Shown here: positions 1-29,800 of the stretch, in pieces | Numbering within the stretch: position 1 is the first letter of the stretch | How the letters are laid out: each line of letters starts with the position of its first letter | From: Antedon mediterranea | Taxonomy: Eukaryota; Animalia; Echinodermata | NCBI RefSeq assembly: GCF_964355755.1 | Contig: NC_092674.1 | Coordinates: 8,060,001-8,124,000 of the forward strand | Length of the DNA: 64,000 nt | Direction of reading: 5' to 3' | Made by a program: the position numbers and the translations under genes | Notes under the pieces: model-generated | What the model was told of the DNA's origin: nothing | What the model saw: the letters and a program-made list of their open reading frames with translations, nothing else | Databases searched by the model: none

Positions 1-848
1 AAATACATCATTTAACTATAGGAAACACTTATTACAAACTAACAGAGTATACCTGATAAGTTGATATCAAACAAATAGTTTGAGACAGGCGTGAACAGTT
101 TTGATAATGTTTCGCCAACATCTCTACTAACGTTAAAATGTACGTTCACTTGTGTATACCAAAAGTAAATAGGTGACTAATCCCTAAATAACTTAAAATA
201 AATAATAATTCTATACAGTACAGTGTTTTTTATATTGTATTGTACAATGTACTGTATAAAGAACAAAATATACTTTGCAAAGTTTCTCAACAACAATATA
301 TAAAAGATCTTTATTGTTACGGAGTTCATCAATTATGCTTCAATTGATTTTTGCAAAATTGTAAAATAAACATAAACCAAGCTAATATGTATAGGTACAA
401 TACTATCCCTTTGGCCGACTGCTGTTTATTTTTACACTGAATTATTTATGCTTCGTGAATTAAAACTTTAACATCATCATGAAGAATACTCAACCAAACT
501 GAACATAGATTCATGAAAGATCAACTAACAAATATGCCACTTACATATTCACTTTTTACTCAGGCAAAACAACAGTAGTCATTTTGATATCTAATTGGCC
601 TTTATGTTAAAAGTCAAGTTTCTATCCTACAAAATTTATTTTAGTGCATGATTGTAAATCCAGTTTTATACTCCATTTTCCCGTGTTTAAGTCTACTATC
701 ATAATCATAATAATTGGGCTCACAATGTAATTGACACAGAGTGACACAAGTCAAGCATTGATTTTTTTATAATGGTAATCTTTTCCGGGTTATTTATTCA
801 TCAATATTCTACCTTATACTCGCGAACGACACTGACTACTTGAAAATC

Positions 849-4385
<3,537 letters not shown>

Positions 4386-4851
4386 TTAACGTAACAAATG
4401 AACTCTAGCTTAAGTAAAGTCACAGTAGGATATTGAAGGAATCATTGGGTTAGTAGAGAAAATATTTAGAAAGTTTGATGGCCTTCAAATAATGTATATA
4501 TACTCTGAAAAAGACTAATATAATATGGCTACCAAAATACAGGCTAGGCTAGATTAACTTGATATTTGTTTTATTTAAAAAACGTGTAGTATTGAAGTAA
4601 TTAAAGAAAAATTCGGTGACAGAGCGATGTGTGTAATCAAGGCTTAAATTATTTAGGTTTAATATGCATTAGTGATAAAAAACATAATTTTGAAAAATTA
4701 TAGGTCCCCTTGTTATTTTTTGCTATCTTATTTTTTTATTTTAAGCATGCGTGATTAAGGTACGAGAACGTCTCAATAAAAAGAATCTGAACCTTAAACA
4801 TTTTACTAAACCTTCTCCACAATACATAAATTCAAGTTTGAAGAATTCAAG

Positions 4852-4946
4852 AAGTAAAAAACTAAAAAGAAACCGACCTGTTTGATCTACCAAAAATCAA
4901 GCACCTGGTAGTATAAACTAGACAGTTTTCAATCGCTATAAACTAT
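4852..4946 (+). repeat. 95-bp direct repeat, left copy (putative target-site duplication; right copy 5748-5842)
   Basis: aagtaaaaaactaaaaagaaaccgacctg...aatcgctataaactat is identical at 4852-4946 and 5748-5842. Confidence 0.9.
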
Positions 4947-5747
4947 CGACTGGAATCTATGTTGGAAAAACAAAGTTAAGAGTATGTTGCACATAAAAAG
5001 AGTGGCTTTCTTTAATTTTAAGTTGCTACATAAAATTTTACCAACTAGGTGTAAGCTAAAATTATGGAATTTGTCAAACAGTAATTATTGTGAATATTGT
5101 AATGAGGAGGTTGAAAATGAAAAGCATATGTTATTTACATGCAAAGAAGTAAAACATTGCTGGGTAAAATGTTGCGCTATGCTGAAAACATGTTTTGCAT
5201 TTACTCAGGAAGTTACATGGGTGAAAATTTTACTTGGAAAATATGATGTCAAAATTAATGAAATATTTTCCATTTTAACTTTCTGTGTTTATAAAAATAA
5301 AGTCAAACACAGACTAGGACTTGTTAAAAAATGTCCATGGTTAATGTTCACTGCGGAGTTAGAAGATATAATCAATTGTGAGTTTTTAATAAATAAAGAA
5401 AAGGCAAAAAAAATGTGGTCAGATATGGACCGTAACAATTTAGCAAGGTATAAAATTAACGTTTATAAAATTGATATTTAGGTAAAGTAAAATATAACTT
5501 GCCTGAAAGAGATAAAAAGAGTTATAAAATTAAGAATTCTGTGGTAAATTATACGTACATTGTTAAGGATTGAAAAACGTGTAAAGAGTGTATAACATAG
5601 AGGAATTTTTTTGTACTGAAAGTTAGTTAATGTCAATTATATTGTATTGTATCATTACATTACTCATGTGCTCAATGTACTCATTGTAAACTAACATTTT
5701 ATTGATGAAGAAATAAAAGTGGGTCGATCCTACATAAGACAAAAAAA
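4947..5747 (+). mobile_element. 5'-truncated L1/Tx1-like non-LTR retrotransposon (C-terminal zinc-binding zf-RVT region, 3' UTR, A tail)
   Basis: ORF 4984-5481 contains FKLLHKILPT..LKLW....CEYC..EVENEKHMLFTC, typical of the L1-clade ORF2 C-terminus. AATAAA at ~5712, A-run at 5741-5749, flanked by a perfect 95-bp direct repeat. Confidence 0.85.
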
Positions 5748-6399
5748 AAGTAAAAAACTAAAAAGAAACCGACCTGTTTGATCTACCAAAAATCAAGCAC
5801 CTGGTAGTATAAACTAGACAGTTTTCAATCGCTATAAACTATAAAACACAAATCAATATGTTCATAATTTCGACGATAGATAAATAAGTTAATTTTTCGC
5901 CATTTTGACGTAATAGATGTGGCCAATAAACTTGGGTGGTACACAAACGTATAAAGCATATGAAACAAAAATGGCAGCTTTTACAAACAACATGATTAGA
6001 ATGGAGATCAATCTAAAAATGTATTGTATTATTAAACTTTTTTTTTTAAACTGTTAATGAAGATGACCTAACCTAAAAGAATATTATTACCACAAAGAAT
6101 ACGCAAACTTTCAATATCTAGGGATCACCTACAAACAGCATTAACGACACCATTTACAGCAATTCGAGTGTACGATTATAGATTTAAATAGGACTTCCAA
6201 TCTTTTGGTGTTTGCATTCGATTCTATTTTTTTCGAGTGCAGGTAAATATATTGTTTAATCCGCATGACAATTTCAAGCGATAATATATTATTTGAGTAC
6301 CACCCTGTTTTTTAAACCAAACATTCCCCTGTCAGTAGGTTATTTAGGTCAATAAATGGAAATTTTACGTCATAATAATTAAAGTAATATAATATAATA

Positions 6400-7580
6400 T
6401 ATGTACTTGCACTGATGAAGGGCTAGTGTTGCCCGGAAGCTCTGCTAATTTTTCTGGCTGTTTTAATTTATCGTTTTGATGTAGCTTTTCACTTTTTTTG
6501 TATCTCCATTGAGATCCAGCCATATACGCAAACAGCGATGGGCACAAAAATGGCGCCATCTTTTGCAAATTTATTTATGGGACAATTTGAGGCAAATTTT
6601 CTGTCACTCCAACCTAATAAACCACTTGTTTGATTTAGATACATTGACGACATCTTCATGATCTGGACCCATGGTGAAGATAATTTGGAATCTTTTCTTC
6701 TCAATATTAATTCAGCCCACCCAACTATCAAATTTACAACTACCAAATCCACTAGTAGCGTCGATTTTTTTGACCTTATAGTGACCATAGAAAATGGTAC
6801 ACTCAAAACTGACCTATTCCGTAAACCCACGGATAAAAATATGTACCTGCTCCCTAGCAGTTTTCATCCCCGACACTGTACTAAAAACATACCGTACAGT
6901 CAATCATTACGTATCAGACGCATCTGTTCTTCAGATTTAGATTTTCAGAATCGTACCGAAAAACTAACCGGACATCTCCGGAATAGAAATTACAAGAAGG
7001 AATACATCGAAACTGCTATAAAAAAAATCAAAAGATATTCCTCGATGTCAAACACTGACGTACAAACCACGTCAGCCAAAAAATTCGACCAGAGTGCCAT
7101 TGGTCACAACTATTACCCAGGTTGCCTCCATTACGGGCTATTATTGAGAAACATATGCCCATTCTACAGTCCACAGAACGTCTCAGGACAGTGCATTTCG
7201 TAGGCCTCTCAACCTTCGTGATATATTAGTCAGATCTAAATTTAAGAGTGAAATTAACTCTCATGACAGCCAAAATTTGGGCAGTCACCTTTGCGGCAAA
7301 TCTTGTTCATTGGTTGATTCTACTGAAAAATTTAAGAGTAACCAAACTGGCCGCATTTTTCGGATAAGGCAATCAATTAATTGTCTAACCAAAAACGTCA
7401 TTTATCTCATATACTGTAATATTTGTGGCAAACAGGACGTCGGAGAAACAAAAAAACACTCTCCGTATGATGAGAATGACACAACACAGATCAGCTATCA
7501 AAACATTAAAGCTTGATCAACCTGTAGCTGAACATTTTAATTCAGCTGGTCACTCGATTGCAAATTTCAGAGTTATTGAA
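6400..7580 (+). mobile_element. Degenerate Penelope-like retroelement (pLTR remnant, RT, GIY-YIG endonuclease)
   Basis: [16 protein letters not shown] and (W>stop at ~6631)FRYIDDIFMIW RT motifs. LFRKPTDKNMYL..SSFHP, IPYSQSLRIRRICS, NVIYLIYCNICGKQDVGET (GIY-YIG-like) and VAEHFNS.GH. Frameshifted, and ends at (TA)n. Confidence 0.9.
6409..6445 (+). ncRNA. Minimal type I hammerhead ribozyme of the Penelope pLTR (one core mutation)
   Basis: gca-CTGATGA-a-gggc-tagtgtt-gccc-GGAA-gc-TC-tgc. Stem I is gca/tgc, stem II is gggc/gccc, and stem III is the short palindrome AGCT. The GAAA box reads GGAA. Confidence 0.65.

Positions 7581-7606
<26 letters not shown>
7580..7606. repeat. (TA)n microsatellite
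   Basis: Direct reading. Confidence 0.95.
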
Positions 7607-7612
<6 letters not shown>

Positions 7613-8228
7613 ATCCGGAAATAACAGTTTTTGATATGGTAAACATTGTTAAACAAATAACCTACAATGTACTTTATAATGAAAATAAAACCAAAAAAAA
7701 GCGAATTAATAATCAACATATGTCCCCTGTGGTGTAGATACTATTCTTAACAGTCTTACAGAGTTATTATGCTCCAATTGAGGATTGGTACAAATATTAG
7801 AAATCAACAATTACATCAATTTAATTCACGCTAAATAATACCCTCTTGGTTGCAGTTAATTGTTCAATTTCAACTGAATCATTTTTTGTATTTATAAATT
7901 AAATCTTTCGGATCGTCATCAGGGATAATAAACTAGCTGAACAATTTTTACTAAAAGCCAATTTAAAAATTTGTATCATTTTGATATCTAAGCTGTTTTG
8001 TGTTAAACGTTTCTACCCTATGAATTGCATTGACTGGGTGCGTATCTACACATCCAGTTTTATACACTATATTCTTCAAGTTTACGCGTTTTTTTAATTG
8101 TGTGGCCATTGTGACACAAGATAAATAACGGTTCTTTATATAATCGTAGTCATGATAAAACACACCAGTCTTTTCCGGGTTATTTCATTTTACCTTCTCG
8201 TGAACGACACTGACTGTACTTGAAAATC

Positions 8229-20295
<12,067 letters not shown>

Positions 20296-21327
20296 ATGAA
20301 GTACAGACATAAAATAAATGTAAATAAAATTGCTATTCAAAGCGATGGAGCGTTTTTAATGTTAAATTGAATTAATTATTTAAAAACCGAACTAAAATAA
20401 ATGTACAGTATTATGTAGAGAGCCACCGATGGCCAAAATTAAAAACTTTTTCCGACGGCAATTTAACGTCAGAAAAAACATACTTAATACTCGAATCTGG
20501 AATCTAGTTACGAAATTAAAAGAGCTGGTAGGCCTAAATAAATCGACAACGTAAAAATAAACTCTAGCTTAAGGAAGGTTTAAGTAACTAGGCTCTTGCT
20601 TGTAGAGCTCAGATGTTTCAAAATCGTATATCAGAAATACTGAGAAGAATTGCGTAGAACTAAATGTTTTCAGTTACTGTATATAGATTGAAAGAATAAT
20701 TGGGTTAGTAAAGTATATCAAGGTTTACTTAAGCTTAAGGAAGGTTTAAATCACTAGGCTCTGGAAGTGATTTGTAGAACTTAGATGTTTCAAAGTAGTA
20801 TATTGGAAATACTTAGAAGAATTGCGTAGAACAAAATGTTTTGAAGAAATCATTGGGTTAGTAAAGAATAAAAAGATTTAGATTTAAAAAGTATGATGTT
20901 CTTCAAATAATGTAATAATAACAGCGTCTACAGTAGGCTAGATTATTGATGGTTGTTTTAATTTTTAAAATCGTTGATATAGCCATGTGTATAATAGGCA
21001 ATAATAAATATTTTTTAACATTATAGCTCCTACAGACAGTTATTCTTTTACTATCTTGATGTTTTATTTTGCACATGCGTGATTAAGATAAAAGAACATC
21101 TCAATCAAGTAGGTCTACCCTGCAGTACCGTTTTGATTACGATCAATCGGGAAATTACCTCACGACGTTATATAAACAGTTACCGTTACATTATACGTCA
21201 CTATATTGTGGCGCAACGTTACTAGTTGTAACGTAATTTATTAAAACAGCTAAACACCAAACTAAGTTATTACACGGTTACTATTCAATAGAGCACATAC
21301 AAATCACAGGTGACAGAAACTTACATT

Positions 21328-21473
21328 AAGCATTGTCTACACTATCAAACTATAGTATGATGTGCCCAAATGTGGTGGTGATATGCCCAAATGTGGTGGT
21401 GACTGATCATCATGTCCATGTATGGAATAACATTTGTTTTTCAAACTAGTTTGATAGTGTAGAAATAGAGCTT
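21328..21473. mobile_element. High-copy MITE family (TIR agctctgtctacactatcaaact), copy 1
   Basis: tgtctacactatcaaact...agtttgatagtgtaga. Other copies or fragments at ~27725-27860, 28260-28387, 29553-29588, 38889-39062, 43662-43812, 51744-51874, 60060-60201, 60715-60838 and 60985-61050. Confidence 0.85.
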
Positions 21474-22134
21474 AAAATCTAAAATAAACTAGTAATTTAT
21501 CTATGTCAGTCACTAACCTTATGTACAAATTCCTTGATCTTGCAACCCATAATATTATTCCACAAAGTAATCCATGGTGCGTAAATTCATTCCCGTAATA
21601 ATCCAAGGCATTTTATATCTCCATTGTGTATAAAAAGGCATAAGAAAGAACAACTTCTTTAACGGCGAAATAGCAACGGCATGATACATTCCATTGAGAT
21701 ACACATTGACGTAACGTACTTAAGTGTTGATAATTCCTATATCTCGCAAGCAAGAAGAACGACTATTCCACAACTATGCGACGACAGTTTAAAACATTTC
21801 TTACGTCAATAAATTCCCATAATAATTAAAAACATTTTATATCAATCTTCATTATTGTGTTTGAGACAGAGAAACAACTACTTCTTTAACGGAGAAAATT
21901 CAACGCCCGCTCACATACCATTGAACAACACACACCGACTTACGTAACGTATTTAAATACTGCTGGAACACAACAAAGGCATATTAAAAAACAAGAGGGT
22001 AAATCATGCCACAGCCGTTATAAAATATTCCGCTCGTCAATAGGCAACATTCCCGTAATTTCCATCAAAAACACGTCTTTACCGGAGGAAATTCAACGCA
22101 CCGACGAAACGTATTTCAAATCACTAATCGCTTA

Positions 22135-22608
22135 AAGCTTGGTTCCCACTAGAACGTAACGCAAGGACGTAAACGCAACGCAAGCGTTTTAACCAATGAC
22201 AAGCGAAGTTATAGACAGTTAGCAATCACAAGCGAATAAGCCGCGTGGTTCCCAATATACTAGAACGCAACGCAGCGACGTATCGACGCAAAGTGATGTA
22301 TTGAGTAATCACAAGTGGGAACCGACAACACAACAGTGCTGCAAAAATCGCAGGTTTGATTTCACGCAGGCGAAGGAAAACACAATAATTGGAAGGGCAT
22401 TTTCTTACGTTGCGTAGGTTGCGTAAAGCTTGGTTCCCACTAGAACGTAACGCAAGGACGTAAACGCAATGCAAGCGTTTTAACCAATGACAAGCGAAGT
22501 TATAGACAGTTAGCAATCACAAGCGAATAAGCCATCGCTTGTGATTGGTCAATTCACTTGCGTTGCGTTACGTCCTTGTGTTGCGTCGCTAGTGGGAACC
22601 ACGCTTTA
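22135..22608. mobile_element. MITE (TIR aagcttggttcccactag, PIF/Harbinger-like) with internal duplication or nesting; relatives at ~24010-24248 and 24664-24815
   Basis: aaagcttggttcccactagaacgtaacgcaagg at 22135 and 22426 (~105 bp nearly identical). Inverted end ctagtgggaaccacgcttt at ~22590. Confidence 0.8.
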
Positions 22609-25600
22609 CTATGAACAAAAATCCTTATGTGCATTTTCCTCATACATTTTACATACGGTTGTCACGGTAAAAAGCACCTACAGTATAAGGCTACTTATTT
22701 TGGAAAGTTTTTCCAGTTCCGTTCGTTGAAATTTGAAATAAAACTGTTCAATTATCTTTTAGTAATTTCCATTAGTTTGTTTAAGAATAGAGACAGTACG
22801 AAATTTTAGGCATGTGTAAACAGGGTACTGTAAGTATTATTATTCGGGTTTGTTGCATTAATTATGATGACGGAGGTTGTCTAAACTAAAATAAAACAAA
22901 ATACAGCAATAAAGATAAAACAAGTTTATTTCAATATAACCATGGTCACTATAATAGTCACTGTAACCATCACCGTAACTGCATAACGAATGGGAGAACT
23001 TCACTAACTGTGATATTACACAAACCAACAGTGGTGTAGTGGACTATAACATTTATGGATAGGGATGTTCAATGCATGTTCTACTTTTTGAAGAGATTAG
23101 GCTACTTTTTGTTTATCCAGGTTAGCTAGGCACGAAATGGACAGGTATAGTAATCTTGACGGAAAGGTACAAAGTACTGTAATTGAAATGTTGAAATGGT
23201 ATTTCTTGCATAAACTAAATGATCTATAATCATTATGATCATTGCCTGAACGTTGACCAACAAGGCACTTTCAATTAATATTTCAAATAACATGACCGCA
23301 TGAATATTGCTTAACTAGCTTTTACCAATTTATTTTTAACGCCACAATAACAGGCTATTATCAAATCCGACAGCTAAATTAGAACAGGTATACAAAATAG
23401 TGTAAAATATTGACATACAAGAAGTCAAAAGTTCATCATTGCTGACTGCTGTGCAACTATTCTATTTAATAACAGGTAAACCCAACCATGAATATCTCTT
23501 TATAGTTTTTATAAATTTATATTAAAAGCCATGATAGGCTATATCCGACAGCTAAATTACAATAGCTATTCATCATCATATACGTCATCACATATCGTAA
23601 ACATGATTGGTCCTTATTTCTAATGTACAAAATGTCCACTTAACTACAAATATGTTCAACACACTGTTCATAAATACCAAATAGATCCATTAAAAAAACA
23701 ATAACATGGATTTACTTTAATTGAATAAAATAATTTGAATTTTATTAATTATTGAATTTATTAAATTCATTCAACTTGATCGGTGGTTAGTACGACTACG
23801 ATATCACAACTAAATTATACTAATAATTATCGTGTATAAATATTCATATCTGAAAAGTAATAACAAAATACAGTAACCAAAATGATAAAAATGTCCTATT
23901 ACAACTACTATAAATGCGTCTTAAATATGATAAAAATAAATAAACCACAACTGCAGTAGAACACCATATTTGGGACACACAGTAACAAGAAAGAGCTTTA
24001 GATATGATGGATAAAGTGACCAATCACTACGCGTTGGGTCATCCAAATTGTGATTGGTTAACTCACTTGCGTTGCACATGTCGTGTTGTGGCAACCAAGC
24101 TTGGTTTCAACTATAAAGGCCGTAGACGCAACGCAAGCGAGCTGACCAATCACACGCGACTGTTCAAATAATCTATCGCTTGTGATTGGTCAAATCCCTT
24201 TGAGTTGCGTTACGTCCTTGCGTTGCGTTCTAGTGGGAACCAAGCTTTAAACACAACATATACACTTTTATTTGGTCGCCAAAGGTGCACTGAACTACGA
24301 TAAGCACACACCATACAGTCTAAAACAAATATCATTTCCACAATTTAAAATTATTGAAAAAAAATATACATTAACTGTGTATGTATCAACATAATTTTAA
24401 AATTATTTTAATATTTATATTAATATTCAATACATAGGCCCTAATAGGATAATTAAACAAATGATAATTAATAATTGATACAATAATTATTTCATGATTA
24501 ACTTGATTAAAAACTATAAATATTGTAACTAAATTATAGATAAGTAATTATAAAATACCGCATGAAATTGAACTAGTACTACTAAATTAATAATATGCAT
24601 TAGCGGTTTTAATTATTAATTTAATAATTTAAAAAAATGTAGTTTCGTATTCAACGTTCACATTAAATCTTGGTTCCAATTTGGACGTAACGCAATGACG
24701 TAAGCTCAACGTAAGCTAATTGACCAATGACAAGCGACAGTTTAAATAATCCATCGCGTCATGATTGGTCAACACTTGCGTTGCGCTTACGTTGCGTCCT
24801 AGTGGGGACCAAGCTAAGGGCTAAGGGAAACAACCTTAACATTTAAAAATTATCCAATTGAGTGATCCTTAAATATTTATTGACTTAAGTAAAATAGTGC
24901 ATTATCTCACTTAAGTGTGATTGGTAAATATGACCACGGTGGCCGTCGTATCTATCTATCAAAAATTACATATTTTACATTTTCGCTTAGCTGATATGTG
25001 AACCTTTGTCTAAAACAAATTTTTGTATCTGTTCATTACTTATTCAAATTTTTACGAAGTTATACTACCAAATGCAAATTATTATTTATGTGTATGAATA
25101 ATTTAAATTCACAGGTTAAAATATTTAATTACAAGTAAATCATTTCAGATATTTTGCACAATCATGGATGGTTTTTATAGAAAAATAGATTTATATATTT
25201 TTAGCTTGATTCAATGAAAATGTTTAAAATCAGAAAAAAAAGTGATTTATAATTTGTTTAGCCCCAACAAATTTTTACTAAAAATAAATAGAAAACACTT
25301 AAAATCAGATTTTATCTGATTTTAAAAGAAATGATAGAAAGGAATGTAGACATTTTAAGTAAGAAAAAAATGTTTATAAAAACATGTTTATTAGTTATAA
25401 AGGATTTATTTTGTAGCTATTAGCAAACAAAAGGGTATCACATGACTTAGTGAATGATGTCATGTAACATGATATGGTTGAGTAACTCAATAAATGTTTA
25501 TGTGGAATGATAAACTTGAAAGACATTAAATGAGGTTATCGTCCAAATATGGAGAAAAAATACCCCAAAAATATTGTTTTAAAGAAAAATAATACAATAA

Positions 25601-26847
25601 CACATACAAGGCATAAATCATTAGGTTGTAGTAAAATTGGGGTTAGTCTTTTAAAGGTTCTATTATACATTAATTAAAACACAAATAAATAATTAGTAAA
25701 TTGCTTATTATTCAAAAGTAGTTCGATTTAAATTTGATACAAAATGTTAATTCATATATTTAATAAATACTGTATTATTATTATTTAGGATTAGAAAATA
25801 AATAGATAAAAAGATAGTAGTAGGTCGCTTGGCCTATCTGCAAGAAGTCGCTTGTTCGAATCATAGTGTTTATTTTTAAGATCATTCATACACTTTTCAC
25901 ATCGTCTAACAAAAACTGTTTACACACACCAGGGCGACAACACCGGTGTTTTGCATGACGTGTGTCCGCACGATGTGTTTGGAGTTTCACTAGGCAGTAC
26001 GAATAACATTACATATGTTCGCAATTTACACTATAATTTGCTAGCTTGTTAATGTTCATAATATGAAAATACAATAATTTAAATTAATAACAATAAATGT
26101 TTAAAATTTAAAGACTGGTGGTGTAAATGTTGAGCACGGAACAAGCATGATTCAGGTCTAAAAAATGAAGAACATGTTATGATTTTACTGCAGTTACTGC
26201 AGTAATAAATGTTGTTTACTCTTTAACCTGTTTGGTAATTTTTTATCAAGTATGGGTTTACATATTCTTTATAGTCAAATTCTATATTAAAACTAATATA
26301 TAGTTACTGCAGTAATTACAGTAAAATAATTTTTAAATGATCCTCAACTCAAGTGTCAGTAAAACATTTTTATAATGTAAAATTTGGAAACTTATCGTTA
26401 TATACAAGTAAACAGATAAAAATTAAAAAGACTTCTCTTTTGATCCGAACCTAAACATTCCTTTATATACACATATGAATAAATTTGTAAAAAACTAACG
26501 CTGTTGTCTTACCAATAAAATTTAAAATTACTCATACTTATACTATAGGAATCTGAGAAAACAGAGAACTTATAGTAACTCCTCATTTTCCATCTCCTAT
26601 AATGGGAAAGAAATCCAAAATAAATTCACCATGGTAAAATATAAAACGGCACCAGGTACCTCTCATAGTACACAATATTTACTATAAATTTTTAGAAAAA
26701 GAATACGACATACTTTATTTTTCTGAATACTATTGTGTTACATTAGAGAAACACAAAGTAAAAAATCAATTTTTACGACTTTTTTTGGTCATTTGCTAAA
26801 TACATAATTCAGAATCAAAATGCTCATGTAAGGATTACATTCCCATT

Positions 26848-29800
26848 TTACAAATCTTCTAAAGACTCTTTCGTTGTGATGACCACACTGACGTTGCCCT
26901 GTTTCGGATCTTGGCCTTTTCTGCCGCGGTCTTTAAGTGGTGCAACATGGTGCTTGGCTTCTCCGCCGGACTGTGCCATAAAGATGGCCTGACCCATGAA
27001 TGTGTCCTTCACGAGGTTATGATTCCAAATCTAAATAAAAAATGTTTATTTAGGTATTTTTTGAAGACTCTTAAAATAAAAAAATCTCAAATTAAAACCT
27101 TAAATATTTACATATTTCCCTTAAATTGTATTCACTTAGATAGGAGATTTTTTTTAATTTTAAGGGCAATTGTTTCCCTTAGCCTAAGTGTGATTGGTGA
27201 ATACGGCCACAGTCTTTAATTAATTAAAGGAAGACATATAGTAATTTAGTGATATTTATTTTATGTTTTCCCTTTAATTAAGGACCACATTGTTGCAACC
27301 AGATGAAAACACAGGCTATAAAATGATGCTAAAAACCCTAACTCAGGACTAGTCTTTAAATGAAGTTAGATGTTAATATCTTTAAAAATAATAATGGGAG
27401 ATTTTTCTTCTATTTATGAGGAGTTTGTTAAAAAATAGTGAATAGAAATTATATCCTTACCTCGACAATGATTGGCTTGTTAATGTTGACACGGTAGAAA
27501 ATGGCGCTGAAATCCCACTCAGGGTTCAGGCTGTCCTTCTTTATCTCTGATCTGACCTTATGACCTTCGCAGTTAATGTACACATATGGGTCAGCACCTA
27601 TACAAAACAGAAGCAGGGTTAAGAGTTTAACCAGGTTATCATATCCAGATAATAAAGAGAATTTCTAAGTTTGTAAGATAGAAATAGGATACTGCAGTAA
27701 TTGAGTGTAAAACTCAAAAAGTCTAAACTATCAAACTTTATGCGACAAAAAATGTGATGTGCCCATATATGGACATGATGACATCATATCACTACCATAT
27801 TTGGGTATATCACTACCATATTTGCGCACATCACACCTTTTTTGGTCAATCTTTGGTATAACAATAAACAACCATGTATACGTATATTTATTCCACATAC
27901 AAAGTACTTATCATGGAACTAACACTGCATTCTAACCACGAAATAATAAAAAATAATTGAAACCTGAAAAAGCTAGGGTGAGTAAACATAGATGGCTATG
28001 TACGTAACAATTTTGCATTGTCCTCAAAATTAAGCATTTTTATTGTAATTAATCAATAATAAACTTACCTCCTTTTAGATCTTGTTTCTCTAGATTACTG
28101 GCAGACAGGACTTGCACAGACGTCACTGCGCATGGGTATTTCTTGAGAGGGTTCGAACTCTTGGATGGAACAGACTTCTCAATTTGCCTATAAAATAAAT
28201 AAATAATCAATTAAATATTATCTAATTCAATATAAGTATACACATTTAGAAGTTTATTAAAACTCTTTCTACACTATCAAACTAGGTTGAAAAAAAGTGT
28301 GATTGCCCAAATATGTCATTGTGTCCATATCATTATGGTAACATCACATTTTTTTCACATAAAGTTTGTTAGTATAGACAGAGCTTTAGTGGCTTCTTCT
28401 ACAGATGTGTACACTGGAACTCCAGTTTTAAGTCCTTATCCAAGAAGACTTGTTCTACCACCAGAACTATGGACAAAGAGTGCCTTTAAACATAACCCAA
28501 TGACTATGGTATATGGATCCATGCCCGATTGTAGCGCAGGGTTTTGGGTAATAAGCATTGGCTTATCATCGCAAGATCAAGGGTTCGAGATCAATGCTCA
28601 CCGTATTACTTGTGACCTTAGGCAAGACTTATGTTTGCCTCTCTCCATCTCCATCTGGTAGGGTCAAACAAAATTGCACGTATTACTAGCCTGCATAAAT
28701 ATGTGAGCTGTCCATACGTGTTTGATTAGGGTAATAATGTGACGCACATAAAAGCTGTGAGCATAGGCTCTATATACCATTAACATATTATTATTAACAA
28801 ACAGCCAGGTTTGAAGCATATCTTGTGAAATAATACCCACTTGAATTGAGATCCACCGTCACAGAAGAACCTCATCATGAATCTACTTTCTTCATTAGGG
28901 CCGAATGTTGATGGTACTACGATGTAGCGCCCTCTCTTCAATGTCTGTTTCTCAAAAACGCTCCTTGAATTAATGAATGTTGATGTGAAGGCCTTGGGTT
29001 TAACACTTCTGAGCAAATATTTGCGATTTGCTTCAACCTAATAAAACAATAATAAAACAATTTTGATTGTTAACTGTTCATAGACATGTTGAATGAGATT
29101 GGATTTTGGTGGTTAAAATAATGTCAAGATTTTTTCATCATTGAAAAAATAGTAACTGAACTCCAAAAGACTTGTAATAAGACTTTGTGTATGTAGAGCA
29201 TCTTGTTAACCTTTTAGAAAGATACTGTTAATGAATTTGCTTATGGTTATTCTTGGAAATTAGCCTAAATATCTCGAAAACAAAAACAATAAAACAGCAA
29301 TTTCTATTCTTTTTTGAAGAACAATAAATTGATTAGAAAATAATAAAGTTATTTATTTTCATTCAACAAGTTTTACAAACAAAATGTAAAAATTGTGCTA
29401 CAGAGAAGTAGACATTTTATCATGAAGATGGACTTGAAAATACATCATGTTTAAAAAAAAAAAAATTAAATATCTAAAACAAAAACTCTTGAATAAAAAC
29501 AGTTATTTATAACTATAAATATATAATTTTGATATCAGTGACATGAACTACTTGTCACATAAAGTGTAATAGTGTAGACAGAGCTTTAGGATATTACCTT
29601 CATAACATGAAACCCAATGGTTAGGTTAGCCTGTTGCTGGTCTGCCCTCACATCTGGCTGTGTCAGCTGAAGCATGATATCATCCTCATCATCGTCAATG
29701 GTAACCAAAAACTAAAAATAAATAAATAATTATTAGCTGTATCAATCAAAACTTTGATATACTTAAATGGGAATCAAAACTGCTCAATGAGCTTATTTGA

